Positions 18,535 to 28,097 of a stretch of DNA of 64,000 bases are shown here, in pieces. The translations under genes and the position numbers were made by a program. A model generated the notes under the pieces. That model had not been told where the DNA came from, made no database searches, and saw only the letters and a list, made by a program, of their open reading frames with translations. The stretch lies in the NCBI GenBank assembly GCA_033763455.1, contig JANRKO010000006.1, positions 224,001 to 288,000 of the forward strand, given 5' to 3'. Every line of letters starts with the position of its first letter. Within the stretch, counting starts at the first letter, position 1. The DNA comes from Polyangiaceae bacterium. Its GTDB lineage: Bacteria > Myxococcota_A > Polyangia > Polyangiales > Polyangiaceae.

Positions 18535-21518
18535 AATCGCTTCTTCATAATCTCCCCATGTTTCGGCTCGTCCTAGCCACCCTTGCCTGCGGGGCGGTGA
18601 ACCTTAGCTGCACAGATAATGCGGCGGATGTTCCTCTGCGGTCGCTGCAGGCAGCTGGTGCGGTGTCATTCTTGTGTGTGGGGCCCGATGGTGCAGGCCG
18701 TGAAATGCGGGAGTGTCCTGATCGAACGAGCCCCTCTATCAGTCAAAATAGAATTTTCGGTTTAGTTACCCAAACGCTCACAGGTGAGGTTGCGGTCATC
18801 GACGTTACGCGCGGTGGCGTTGTAGACGTGAACCCATCGGTTCCAGGTTTCTCGTTCCTGCCGGTCGGCGCAAGTCCAACGGACATTGTTTCCACGCCCG
18901 ACGGGCGCGCAAGCTTTGTGGGCGTAGCCGAACCAGGGCGCGAAGGCATCTACTCTCTGCCAACCACCTGTATCGGCGCGGCGACGGACGTTTCCCAATT
19001 CCCCGCGTGCGCATTGCCCTCTCGGCCGAGCAAGCTTTTGATCGTAACGGAGCCCGCGCGCCCTGACGGGAGCATCCGTCGTAGTTGTCTCAGTACAGAA
19101 GCTCAACCAGCAACTCCTGTGGCCGCATCTCGGCAAGCGTGTTCAGCCGATGTCACCCAGGGGACCTATCCATTTGCAGGGCGCCGGAAGCTTTTGGTGC
19201 TGTTGCCCGAACAAGGGGCGATGGCGGTTCTCGACGCCCAAGCCGTTTTGGATCGCGAGCTCGGTTCCTATTCTCCGTGCGAAATTGAGGCCTGGGTCCC
19301 GCTGAAGGCGGAGCGTCCAGCCGGTGGGGCCGAGCAAACGCTGCCAGCCGATTTGGTCAGTGCTACCCAAACAAGCACCGTTCGCCGCTACGAGCTTCCA
19401 GGCACGGGTTTTGTGTCTCGCCCATCAGACGCGGCTCTGGTCGACACCACTCTTTATGTGGCCGATCGTGGAGCGCCCGTGATCCACCGCCTGGACGTAA
19501 GCGATCCTTGCAATCCGGTAGAGCAGTCTCCGCTTCTGCCCACATCCATGCGCCGCCCAGAACGGGTTGTGACAACAGCCAAGATTGCCGTAAGCCCTCT
19601 CACCGCCAATCTCGAACGGTTCCTTTATGCCATCGACGACCAGGACGAGCCGGCCGCAAGCGTGATGGTCTTCGATGTGAGCGCCAAAGCCACACAGGTT
19701 ACGCCTCTGGTGCGGCCTGGTGCGCCGCGCATGCCTCTAGAAGATGCCGATCGCATCAGCTTCACGGCGCCAGCAACGGACATCGTGTTCGCCAATCACG
19801 ATGTTCCGATTACGGATGAGGACACGAGCATCGGCGTGTGGGGCACACGTTGCGATCCGAATCCAGATCTTTCCCAACAGAGCGCCGCGGTCAAATACCG
19901 TCCTTCCTCCAATCTGCGCTCGGGCGCAGGGCCCACCCCTCTGAGAGGCACGTTTGGCTTCGTTCTGCTTTCGACTGGGCAGGTCGCCGTGCTCGATGTG
20001 GACGACGCAGACGCGGCTTGCAGGCGCCCTTTCGAAACAGAAAAGTCTGCCGTCGAGAACTTTCGTGGGTGCAAGAACGATCCCGCCGATCTGCCGGACT
20101 ATCTTACACAGAACTTCGCCGCTGACGGTGCGTTCACGGTGACGAACGAGGTAAGCTGCCATGTGGTGGAGCGCCACCGGGTTCGTTCCGCGCAGACCAT
20201 CGTGAACCGCAGTGACGTCGGCGTGAGAGCCCCAGCGCTCAATCAATTCCCGGTGTTAAGCCGCTTTGGAACCCGCCTCTCCAACAATCAGACGGAGCAA
20301 GGGCGACAGCACCCCAGGCTTTTACCGGTTGACCTCGCGCCGGGCACAGACCCAAACGGCTGCGTGGGCGGCGCGTGTGCACAGGTGTTCGTGAACACCA
20401 CTCTTCTGTCGAGCGATCGCAACGCGGCGAATCTCTTGGATCTCAATCCGAACACCGCAGAACGCAACGCGCTCACGCTTCCCTTTAACCAGCCCCGCAG
20501 CTTTCCATATTCGGACAACGTCAGCCTGGCCTTTGAAGGAGCGCTCGCGGCGCGCGGCACCACCGGACGGCTCAACCAAGCACCCGGAAGTTTGCGTATA
20601 ATGCGCGATGAAAATGCGCTTTTTTGCGACCAAGGGGTGCAGAGCCAAGCACTCCTTACTGAGCTCGGCGCTGAGAAATTCGGTCTCAAGGGAAACGCCC
20701 TAGCTGCCTTCGCGGTTCGGCATGCGGACTACGTCCAGCTGACATCCGAGGTGCCATCAGCTGTGGATCCGTACTGGCAAAGCGCGGCCGCGGACAGTTG
20801 CAGCTACAACATGTGTCGCGAGTATTTTGGAGCGGCCAACAGTCAAGATCTTGAGCCCACTCGTGATTTTCGAGTGGAACAAGCGTACCAAGATGAGCTG
20901 AGCGTGGTGGCGCGAGGTGCCGACGCAGCGGGCGCATCCGCGATGGCAACGTGCTGTTTTCCAGGCCTTGTGTCCTACGTGGTACGCGGTGGCAACCAAT
21001 GGGTGCTTACCGGTTCAAGCTCGGGCCAGCGCCATCGCGTGAAAGCAGAGAGATCCAACGATGGTAAGTTCGTCTGCGCGCTGGATCACGACCCGAGCAA
21101 GGTTTTTTTCGAAGGCCGCGCTTTTGAGATCTCGTGCGATGCTTCGGCGATGAGTGCTTCGGGCCCAGGCTGTGCGGTGGGCGCGGCCCAACCGGAGGAT
21201 GTTGTGTGCAGGAGCGCCCCTGGGCCTGTGCCAGCGGACAGTCCGTGCGTTTTCAACGGGCTCACTGCCCGGTTTGCGGTCTATCGAGGCGGCGAAAAGA
21301 GCACGCGGGACATGCTCTTTTCTTGGCGGACGATCGGAGGCTTCTCTCCCATGTTGCTAAATTTTGGCGGCCTGGAAGCAAGTTCCGGCCGGGTTTCTCC
21401 GGTGGCTCTGGAACACTTACCGGAGCTTGGCCAGTTGGGTATCGTCGACGGAAGCACGCTAGGCCTTTCCTTCATCGACCTCGTGACTCCCGTGGGCCGC
21501 TCGGTTTCCTTCTACTGA
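18531..21518 (+). CDS. Large (995 aa) Cys-rich hypothetical lipoprotein with propeller-like repeats
   Basis: Lipobox NLSC; GEVAVIDV, PVGASPTDIV, LYVADRG, GQVAVLDVDD; ATGA overlap with the upstream gene. Confidence 0.8.
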   Translation: MKSLLHNLPMFRLVLATLACGAVNLSCTDNAADVPLRSLQAAGAVSFLCVGPDGAGREMRECPDRTSPSISQNRIFGLVTQTLTGEVAVIDVTRGGVVDVNPSVPGFSFLPVGASPTDIVSTPDGRASFVGVAEPGREGIYSLPTTCIGAATDVSQFPACALPSRPSKLLIVTEPARPDGSIRRSCLSTEAQPATPVAASRQACSADVTQGTYPFAGRRKLLVLLPEQGAMAVLDAQAVLDRELGSYSPCEIEAWVPLKAERPAGGAEQTLPADLVSATQTSTVRRYELPGTGFVSRPSDAALVDTTLYVADRGAPVIHRLDVSDPCNPVEQSPLLPTSMRRPERVVTTAKIAVSPLTANLERFLYAIDDQDEPAASVMVFDVSAKATQVTPLVRPGAPRMPLEDADRISFTAPATDIVFANHDVPITDEDTSIGVWGTRCDPNPDLSQQSAAVKYRPSSNLRSGAGPTPLRGTFGFVLLSTGQVAVLDVDDADAACRRPFETEKSAVENFRGCKNDPADLPDYLTQNFAADGAFTVTNEVSCHVVERHRVRSAQTIVNRSDVGVRAPALNQFPVLSRFGTRLSNNQTEQGRQHPRLLPVDLAPGTDPNGCVGGACAQVFVNTTLLSSDRNAANLLDLNPNTAERNALTLPFNQPRSFPYSDNVSLAFEGALAARGTTGRLNQAPGSLRIMRDENALFCDQGVQSQALLTELGAEKFGLKGNALAAFAVRHADYVQLTSEVPSAVDPYWQSAAADSCSYNMCREYFGAANSQDLEPTRDFRVEQAYQDELSVVARGADAAGASAMATCCFPGLVSYVVRGGNQWVLTGSSSGQRHRVKAERSNDGKFVCALDHDPSKVFFEGRAFEISCDASAMSASGPGCAVGAAQPEDVVCRSAPGPVPADSPCVFNGLTARFAVYRGGEKSTRDMLFSWRTIGGFSPMLLNFGGLEASSGRVSPVALEHLPELGQLGIVDGSTLGLSFIDLVTPVGRSVSFY

Positions 21519-21561
21519 GCGCCAGCTACCTTTGTTGGCCTGTTCTTGCTAGGCAAAGGAA

Positions 21562-24144
21562 GTGGCAGGGCCGAATACCCCGGTGATGCAGCAGCATGCG
21601 GAGGCGAAGAATGCCTATCCGGATGCTTTAATATTTTTCCGCTTGGGTGATTTTTACGAGATGTTCGGGGACGACGCCGTCCTGGGCGCCCGGCTTTTGG
21701 ATCTCACGCTCACCAGCCGCAATAAGGGCAAGCCCGACGAAATTCCCATGGCGGGTGTCCCGTACCACGCCGCCCACAACTACATCGGCAGGCTCCTCGC
21801 TAAAGGCTGCAAGGTCGCGATTTGCGAGCAAATGGCCGATCCTTCGACCGTGAAAGGGATTGTTCCGCGCCAAGTGGTGCGAGTGATCACGCCCGGTACG
21901 GTCACCTCTGAGGAGCACCTGAGCCCCAACACCAACAATTGGCTTTGTGCAGTGGAGGTAGCGCCGAGTGGGATCGGGCTTGCGCTGCTCGATCTCTCTA
22001 CCGGTGAACTCCGAGCCACCGAGTTGGCTGATGTTGCCCTCTTGTTAGCCGAAATCGCCCACGCTTCCCCAAGTGAAATTGTGATCGGTGGGGTTCCAGA
22101 GCAGGTCCAAGAAGCGCGCACAAGTGTACAGGCCACGTTGAGTTCGGGCGTTGTGCGCGAAGATAGCGAGCTTTCGGCGGAGGCTCAAAGTGAGCATTTG
22201 AGTGAGTTCGTGGACGAAGCGCGTGCTTTGAGTGAGCACACGCAGCGGGCAGTGGCTCGCGCGCTGCGCTTTATTCGGGAATGCCATCCGGGGCGCGCCG
22301 AATTACCCGTTCGGCGCCTGGTGCATTGGGATCCGGCGCAGTGTCTCCATCTCGACGCGCGCACCCAGATCCACCTTGAGCTCGTTCGCTCCTTATCTGG
22401 AAACGAAGAAGCCACGCTGCTGCACGTGATCGATCAAACATCCACAGCGCTTGGGGCGCGGCTCTTGCGGCGACAAATATTAGCGCCTTTGGTAGACCAC
22501 GAAAGGATCCGCCGAAGGCTCGATGGGGTCGAGTTTTTCGTGCAGAATCCCGGGCTTCGGAGTGCTCTGCGCGAATGCCTCAGTGAGGTGGCAGATTTTG
22601 AGCGTTTGGGTGTGCGCGCTTCGCTCGGAGAGGCCACCCCCCGAGATCTGGGTAAACTTCGTGATGGGCTGCTCGCCTCTGAACGCGCAGCCAACATGCT
22701 GAACGAAACACGGGATCTGATCGCCCGCGAGAGCCTGCGGTTATCGGAGAAAATCGATACTATCACAGACCTTGCTGAGCTCCTCGCAGCGGCTCTCGTG
22801 GAACGCCCGCCCACCCAAGCCAAGGAGGGAAGTGTCTTTCGCCCAGGGTACGACGCGGAGTTGGATGAGTTTGCGGATTTGAAGAAGTCCGGCGCCGAAC
22901 GCATGATCGAGCTCGAAGCGCGTTTGCGCGACGAGACCGACATTGGTACCTTGAAAGTACGTTTTACGCGCGTTTTCGGCTGGTATATCGAGGTGAGCCG
23001 CAGCCACACGGCCAAAGCTCCGAAGGCTTGGCGCCGCAAGCAGACGGTAAGCGGGGGCGAACGCTTCACCACCGAAGAGCTGGATGAGCTCGCTCATCGC
23101 ATCACCTCTGCCGAAGATCGACATCGAGAGCGCGAGCTCCTTCTCTTCTCGGCACTCGTAGCGGAGGTGGCGTCGCGGGGGCCGCGTTTGTATCAATTGG
23201 CGTCAATGGTAGCCCGGTGGGATGTGGCCGCGAGTCTCGCTGAGGTGGCACACCGCTACGATTATTGTCGCCCCCACGTGGAGAAATCAGATGGGATCGA
23301 GATCCGCGACGGCCGTCACCCAGTGGTTGAACGGTTAGCCGCTGAAGGGCGCTTTGTTCCCAACGATGTGGAGCTCAACCTCAAAGCGGAGCGGCTTTGG
23401 CTTATCACCGGCCCCAACATGGCTGGAAAAAGTACTTTCTTGCGCCAGGTGGCTCTCACGGTGATTTTGGCGCAAATGGGCAGCTTTGTTCCCGCTCGCT
23501 TTGCTCGCATTGGCCTTGTAGACCGGGTGCTTTCGCGTGTTGGTGCGAGCGACAATCTGGCCCAGGGCCAAAGCACGTTCATGGTCGAAATGACCGAAAC
23601 AGCTGAGATCCTGCGCCGAGCCTCGCAGCGGTCGCTCGTGATATTAGATGAAATTGGGCGAGGAACGAGTACTTTCGATGGGCTCGCCATCGCTTGGGCC
23701 GTGGCCGAATACCTCGATGAAGCGGCCAAGTGCCGCGCTCTTTTTGCCACCCATTATCACGAGCTTACAACGCTCGCTGAGGACTCGCGCCACATGGCCA
23801 ACTACAGCGTGAGCGCTCGCGAACAGGGCGAAGATATCGTTTTTTTGCACCGCGTGGTGGCAGGGGCAGCGAGCCGAAGTTACGGCATCGCTGTCGCCAA
23901 GTTGGCGGGGTTGCCAGAATCGGTGTTAGCTCGCGCTCGGGCACTACTCACCTCGTTTGAAGCAGGTAGCACGACGGGCAGGCGGAATAATACCGGTTCC
24001 CGTGCCCAGCTCGGGTTGTTTGAGTCGTCCCACGTATCCCGCCAGCAGCTCGAAACGTTGGAGACGCTGCGATCAGCCAACGTGGAGAACATGACCCCGC
24101 TCGATGCGCTGCAGTTCCTGGCTCGCTTGAAGGAGAAGATTTAG
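21562..24144 (+). CDS. mutS: DNA mismatch repair protein MutS
   Basis: TPVMQQ, FFRLGDFYEMF, GRHPVVE, GPNMAGKST, STFMVEM, DEIGRGTS, FATHYHEL, SYGIAVA.LAGLP. Confidence 0.98.
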   Translation: MAGPNTPVMQQHAEAKNAYPDALIFFRLGDFYEMFGDDAVLGARLLDLTLTSRNKGKPDEIPMAGVPYHAAHNYIGRLLAKGCKVAICEQMADPSTVKGIVPRQVVRVITPGTVTSEEHLSPNTNNWLCAVEVAPSGIGLALLDLSTGELRATELADVALLLAEIAHASPSEIVIGGVPEQVQEARTSVQATLSSGVVREDSELSAEAQSEHLSEFVDEARALSEHTQRAVARALRFIRECHPGRAELPVRRLVHWDPAQCLHLDARTQIHLELVRSLSGNEEATLLHVIDQTSTALGARLLRRQILAPLVDHERIRRRLDGVEFFVQNPGLRSALRECLSEVADFERLGVRASLGEATPRDLGKLRDGLLASERAANMLNETRDLIARESLRLSEKIDTITDLAELLAAALVERPPTQAKEGSVFRPGYDAELDEFADLKKSGAERMIELEARLRDETDIGTLKVRFTRVFGWYIEVSRSHTAKAPKAWRRKQTVSGGERFTTEELDELAHRITSAEDRHRERELLLFSALVAEVASRGPRLYQLASMVARWDVAASLAEVAHRYDYCRPHVEKSDGIEIRDGRHPVVERLAAEGRFVPNDVELNLKAERLWLITGPNMAGKSTFLRQVALTVILAQMGSFVPARFARIGLVDRVLSRVGASDNLAQGQSTFMVEMTETAEILRRASQRSLVILDEIGRGTSTFDGLAIAWAVAEYLDEAAKCRALFATHYHELTTLAEDSRHMANYSVSAREQGEDIVFLHRVVAGAASRSYGIAVAKLAGLPESVLARARALLTSFEAGSTTGRRNNTGSRAQLGLFESSHVSRQQLETLETLRSANVENMTPLDALQFLARLKEKI

Positions 24145-24302
24145 CCCTTGAACCCGAGGAGCTTGCGTATTGCGAAGGCAGAACGCTTCGCGGTGATGCC
24201 TGCCTTTTGACAAAGCGTTTTGCGAGCCAGCGCGCTACCTCGCTCGAGACTTGATGCCTTCGGCGCGCGAATGTGCAGCGCCGTGGCTCGCCCTTGTGCA
24301 GA

Positions 24303-25718
24303 CTATGCGGCAAACACCTGTAACTGCGATATTACCGGGCAGGCTTGGCTAGCCAAGATTCGTAGCCGCAGCCGCCCTGTTTTGCTGGGGGGCAGCGCGA
24401 TGATGCGTTGGGCTCCGACTGTGGTTCCCCTGTGAACTTCTAACCAGTGGCCATGCCAGAAATCGATGGCGAAGGTCTCCACTCGTTGGCCTAAGGCGAT
24501 AAGCTCGGAGAGGCGCACGCCTGCGACGCGTTCCTCGGCTCCGAAATCGACGATGGCGTGCCCAGTTGTTTGTCCGTCGGGTGTGGCCCAGGCGGTGTTC
24601 TCAAGGCCATCCACCAAATGGCTACCGGGGCAGCCCGGGCGCGCGTGGTCCGTTTGCACATTCTTTCCGGCGGCGACGTCGACCGCCCTGAATGCAGCGA
24701 CGCGCGCGCGAAAATCTGCTAGCGCGGCTACGTCTTCGTTGGGCACGAGCCCCCGTCTATCGGGCGCGAGGTTCAGTAACATGTTGGCGCCTCGGCCGTA
24801 GGAAGATAACCAAAGACCGAAGAGCTCAGCGCCTGATTTGGGCTGCTCCGCGGGGTGCCAGAACCACCCCGGCCGGATGCTGACATCTACTTCAACGCCC
24901 CGCCACGCGGTGCCGTCAGGGTCGCCATGCGCGAGCCGTTCCATGTCATCGACTTTGCCAGGTAGAAATCCCTCCGGCCTCACCTTGGCCCAATTGGTAG
25001 TGCTGCATATGCCGCGCTCATTGCCACACCAGCGTATATCTGGCCCAGCATCTGAGAATAGGACGGCGTTAGGCTGTAGGCGTCGGCAGTTTTCCCAAAG
25101 CTCGCCGAAGCGATAGTATGTGGAATTGTCGATCGTTCGGGACTCTTGCGCGCCACCGTACCAGCCATCCCCACCATTGGCTCCATCGAACCAGAACTCA
25201 AATAACTCGCCATAACGTGTCATGAGTTCTGCGACTTGCGCGTGGTACACGTCCACGTACGCTGCGGTGCCGTAGGCCGGATGATTGCGATCCCAGGGAG
25301 AACAATAAAGGCCCAGGCTGATGCCGCCCGCTTTGCAGGCTCGTGCCAATTCTCCCACGAGATCGCCCTTACCGCCGCGCCAGGGTGAGGCACTGATATT
25401 GTGGGGAGTGGTGGAAGTGGGCCACAGGCAGAAACCATCGTGGTGTTTGGCGGTGAAGATCAGACCCCTGAGCCCTCCGGCTTTTGCGGCCGCCACCCAT
25501 TGGTTAGCATCAAGCTCGCTTGGACTGAAAGCCGCGGGTTGCTCATCGCCAAAGCCCCATTCGCGATCAGTGAATGTATTGATCGTAAAGTGCACGAAGC
25601 CGTAGAGCCCTCGGCTGTGCGCTGCGAGCTGGCGCGGGCTGGGGATAGCGCCAAAGGGCGCCGGCAGCGCTGAGGAGAGTTCTGGAGGGGTGAGGGCTTT
25701 GCTGGGCTCAGGATTCAT
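24303..25718 (-). CDS. Alpha-L-fucosidase (GH29) with C-terminal F5/8-type domain
   Basis: FVHFTINTFTDREWG.G, TAKHHDGFCLWP, SPWDRN, WFDGANG, WCGNERG, EVDVSIRPGWFWH. Confidence 0.92.
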   Translation of the reverse strand: MNPEPSKALTPPELSSALPAPFGAIPSPRQLAAHSRGLYGFVHFTINTFTDREWGFGDEQPAAFSPSELDANQWVAAAKAGGLRGLIFTAKHHDGFCLWPTSTTPHNISASPWRGGKGDLVGELARACKAGGISLGLYCSPWDRNHPAYGTAAYVDVYHAQVAELMTRYGELFEFWFDGANGGDGWYGGAQESRTIDNSTYYRFGELWENCRRLQPNAVLFSDAGPDIRWCGNERGICSTTNWAKVRPEGFLPGKVDDMERLAHGDPDGTAWRGVEVDVSIRPGWFWHPAEQPKSGAELFGLWLSSYGRGANMLLNLAPDRRGLVPNEDVAALADFRARVAAFRAVDVAAGKNVQTDHARPGCPGSHLVDGLENTAWATPDGQTTGHAIVDFGAEERVAGVRLSELIALGQRVETFAIDFWHGHWLEVHRGTTVGAQRIIALPPSKTGRLRLRILASQACPVISQLQVFAA

Positions 25719-25932
25719 CGCGGTGCGCGTTATACACAGTTGCGCTTAGCGTGGTATTTGCAGGTAAGCTAGCTCGGTTTGAGTAGCGGATACTTGTCAT
25801 GCTAAGTACCTCAGTCGCAAGAGAAAGCGCCCAAGCAAGGGCTAGAACCGTAAGCTTCCCTCGCACGCCCTTACTGCTACTTCGGCGCGAAGCACGAACA
25901 GGTTTCACTCATTCGCTACCCGTGAGGGCACT

Positions 25933-26637
25933 GTGCTGCACGCCGAAGGACTGAGAAAACAATACGGCGAGGTAGTGGCACTTCACGGGCTGGACCTCAT
26001 GGTGAAGGAAGGCGAGCTCTTCTGTTTGCTAGGGGCCAACGGGGCTGGAAAAACCACGACAATACAGCTCTTTTTGGGCTTCATCCGTCCCAGCGCGGGT
26101 GCCGCTCGGATCGCTGGGCTGAACGTTGTGGAGCACCCACTCCAAACCAAGGCGTTGCTCGCGTACATACCCGAAAACGTAATGCTCTATCCGAACCTTA
26201 CGGGTTTGGAGAATCTGCGCTTTTTTACGACGCTTGCCGGCAAAGGCGAGCTCCAGGATACCGAGCTCTTGAGCATGCTGAGCCGCGTGGGGTTAGCCGC
26301 CGAAGCGGTGAATCGTCGCGTGGGCACCTACTCGAAGGGAATGCGCCAAAAGGTAGGGATCGCGATGGCAATGGCAAAAAATGCCAAAGCGCTCCTGCTC
26401 GACGAGCCCACGAGTGGCCTCGATCCGAAAGCCTCCAACGAGTTCTCCGCTTTGTTGCGCCGGCTGCGGGATGACGGCGTTGCTATCTTGATGGCTACGC
26501 ACGACATCTTTCGTTCCAAGCAAGATGGTGACCGCGTAGGCATCATGAAGGAGGGGCGCTTGGTAGCAATCCACACCACGAGCGAGCTAAGTCACGCGGA
26601 TTTGGAGCGCGTCTATCTCGATCATATGCACCATTAA
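25933..26637 (+). CDS. ABC transporter ATP-binding protein
   Basis: GANGAGKTT, YSKGMRQK, LLLDEPTSGLDP, H-loop ATHD. Confidence 0.95.
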   Translation: MLHAEGLRKQYGEVVALHGLDLMVKEGELFCLLGANGAGKTTTIQLFLGFIRPSAGAARIAGLNVVEHPLQTKALLAYIPENVMLYPNLTGLENLRFFTTLAGKGELQDTELLSMLSRVGLAAEAVNRRVGTYSKGMRQKVGIAMAMAKNAKALLLDEPTSGLDPKASNEFSALLRRLRDDGVAILMATHDIFRSKQDGDRVGIMKEGRLVAIHTTSELSHADLERVYLDHMHH

Positions 26638-28097
26638 TGGCGGAAGTGAACCCGAGGCGCTCGCGCCACTCTATGCTTGGTACGTTGATTCAGAAGGAGT
26701 TGCGCGAGATCTCGCGCAACGGCAGTCTGCGAATCGTTGGCGTTGCGGTGTTCGGCCTTCTTTTGGTGACGCTTGGGCTTGGCCTTCGGGAAGCTCGTGC
26801 CGTGCGCGCTGAGCGCTACGCCGCACAAAAGGTCGCGGACGGCCACTTTCGCACGCAAGACGACAAGAATCCCCACGTTGCGGCCCACTATGGTACTTAC
26901 GTGTTCAAGCCCGCTGGGGCTCTTTCCTTTGTGAACCCTGGCGTTGATGCCTTCGTGGGTGTGTCGCTAAAGCTTGAGGCGCACAAGCGCAACAGACTGG
27001 AAGGCGCGCGCGCCCGCGACGGTACTGCTCTCGCGCGGTTCAGTCGCCTAAGTGTAGCCTCGGTGTTGGAGTTGCTCGTGCCCATCTTGGTCGTTGCAAT
27101 GGGGTTCGCCGCGTGGACCGCCGAGCGCGAACGGGGCACGTTGCGCCAACTGAAGAGCCTGGGCGTTGAGCCTCGGTCGCTGTTAGTGGGCAAGCTCCTC
27201 GGACTGCTTTTGGCGCTGGCCGCTTTGCTGATCCCTGCGTTCGCCCTGTGCGTCGTCGGTGTTTCAGTGTTCGGAGGCGCGCTCGAAGTGGGCGGTTGGG
27301 GGCGCCTGTTCGCGCTCGTCTTGGTTTACGGAAGCTACGTTGTTTTGTGGGCAAATCTCACGCTCTGGGCCTCAGCCCGCGCCAAATCGTCGCGAGGAGC
27401 CCTCGTGACGTTGCTGGGGATTTGGGTTAGCGTTAGCCTGATAGTGCCTCGTGTGGCCACTGATATCGCGATGGTGCTTTCGCGTGTTCCGTCGGAGGCT
27501 GTCTTGTCGGCGCGCGTGAAGGCGAGCTTGAACGAAGGTGTGCCGGGTGGCACTGCTCGCGAAGCGCGTGTGAATGAATTCTCCGAGAAGCTGCTCTTGC
27601 AGTATGGGTTCAAGGGGGCTGAAACGCTAATGGATGCGTCTCTGTTGAACGGCTTAGAGTTGCAGGCCGAAGCGTTGTTCGAGAACGAAGTGTTAGATCA
27701 CCACTACGCAGAACTCGGTGCTGCTCTCGATCGCCAAGAGCGCTTGGAGCAAGTGTTGGGAGTTCTCTCGCCGGTGATCGTAGCCAGATCTCTTTCCATG
27801 GCGCTGGCCGGCACTGACGCCGCTCATCACCGTCAGTTTTCCGATCGCGCCGAAATTCACCGTCGAGCCCTGGTGGATCTGCTCAATCGCGAGTTCGCGG
27901 AGAAGGGGGGCACTCGGGGTTTCGACTACAAAGCGGGCAAAGAGCTCTGGGAAAAGGCTCCCAAGTTCGCCTATTCGCCGCCAGCGTTGCAGTGGGTGCT
28001 CGGACGCCAATTCCCCAGCTTGGTCTTGCTGGTGTGCTGGCTCGTGGTTTCTGCGCTTTTGGCATACCGGGCAGTAGCTCGGCTTGAGGTAGCGTGA
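26637..28097 (+). CDS. ABC-2 permease, DUF3526 family
   Basis: KNPHVAAHYGTYVFKP, ERERGTL, SMALAGTD..HH..F; multiple TMs; TAATG coupling. Confidence 0.85.
   Translation: MAEVNPRRSRHSMLGTLIQKELREISRNGSLRIVGVAVFGLLLVTLGLGLREARAVRAERYAAQKVADGHFRTQDDKNPHVAAHYGTYVFKPAGALSFVNPGVDAFVGVSLKLEAHKRNRLEGARARDGTALARFSRLSVASVLELLVPILVVAMGFAAWTAERERGTLRQLKSLGVEPRSLLVGKLLGLLLALAALLIPAFALCVVGVSVFGGALEVGGWGRLFALVLVYGSYVVLWANLTLWASARAKSSRGALVTLLGIWVSVSLIVPRVATDIAMVLSRVPSEAVLSARVKASLNEGVPGGTAREARVNEFSEKLLLQYGFKGAETLMDASLLNGLELQAEALFENEVLDHHYAELGAALDRQERLEQVLGVLSPVIVARSLSMALAGTDAAHHRQFSDRAEIHRRALVDLLNREFAEKGGTRGFDYKAGKELWEKAPKFAYSPPALQWVLGRQFPSLVLLVCWLVVSALLAYRAVARLEVA

Noticed and set aside
24175..24208. Intrinsic terminator after mutS (AAGGCAG/CTGCCTT)
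   Set aside because: Large 18-nt loop and only a short T run; too weak to call
25719..25932. Fur/Zur box upstream of the DUF3526 ABC operon
   Set aside because: No convincing AT-rich palindrome; TGCTAAG...AGTCGCA is too degenerate
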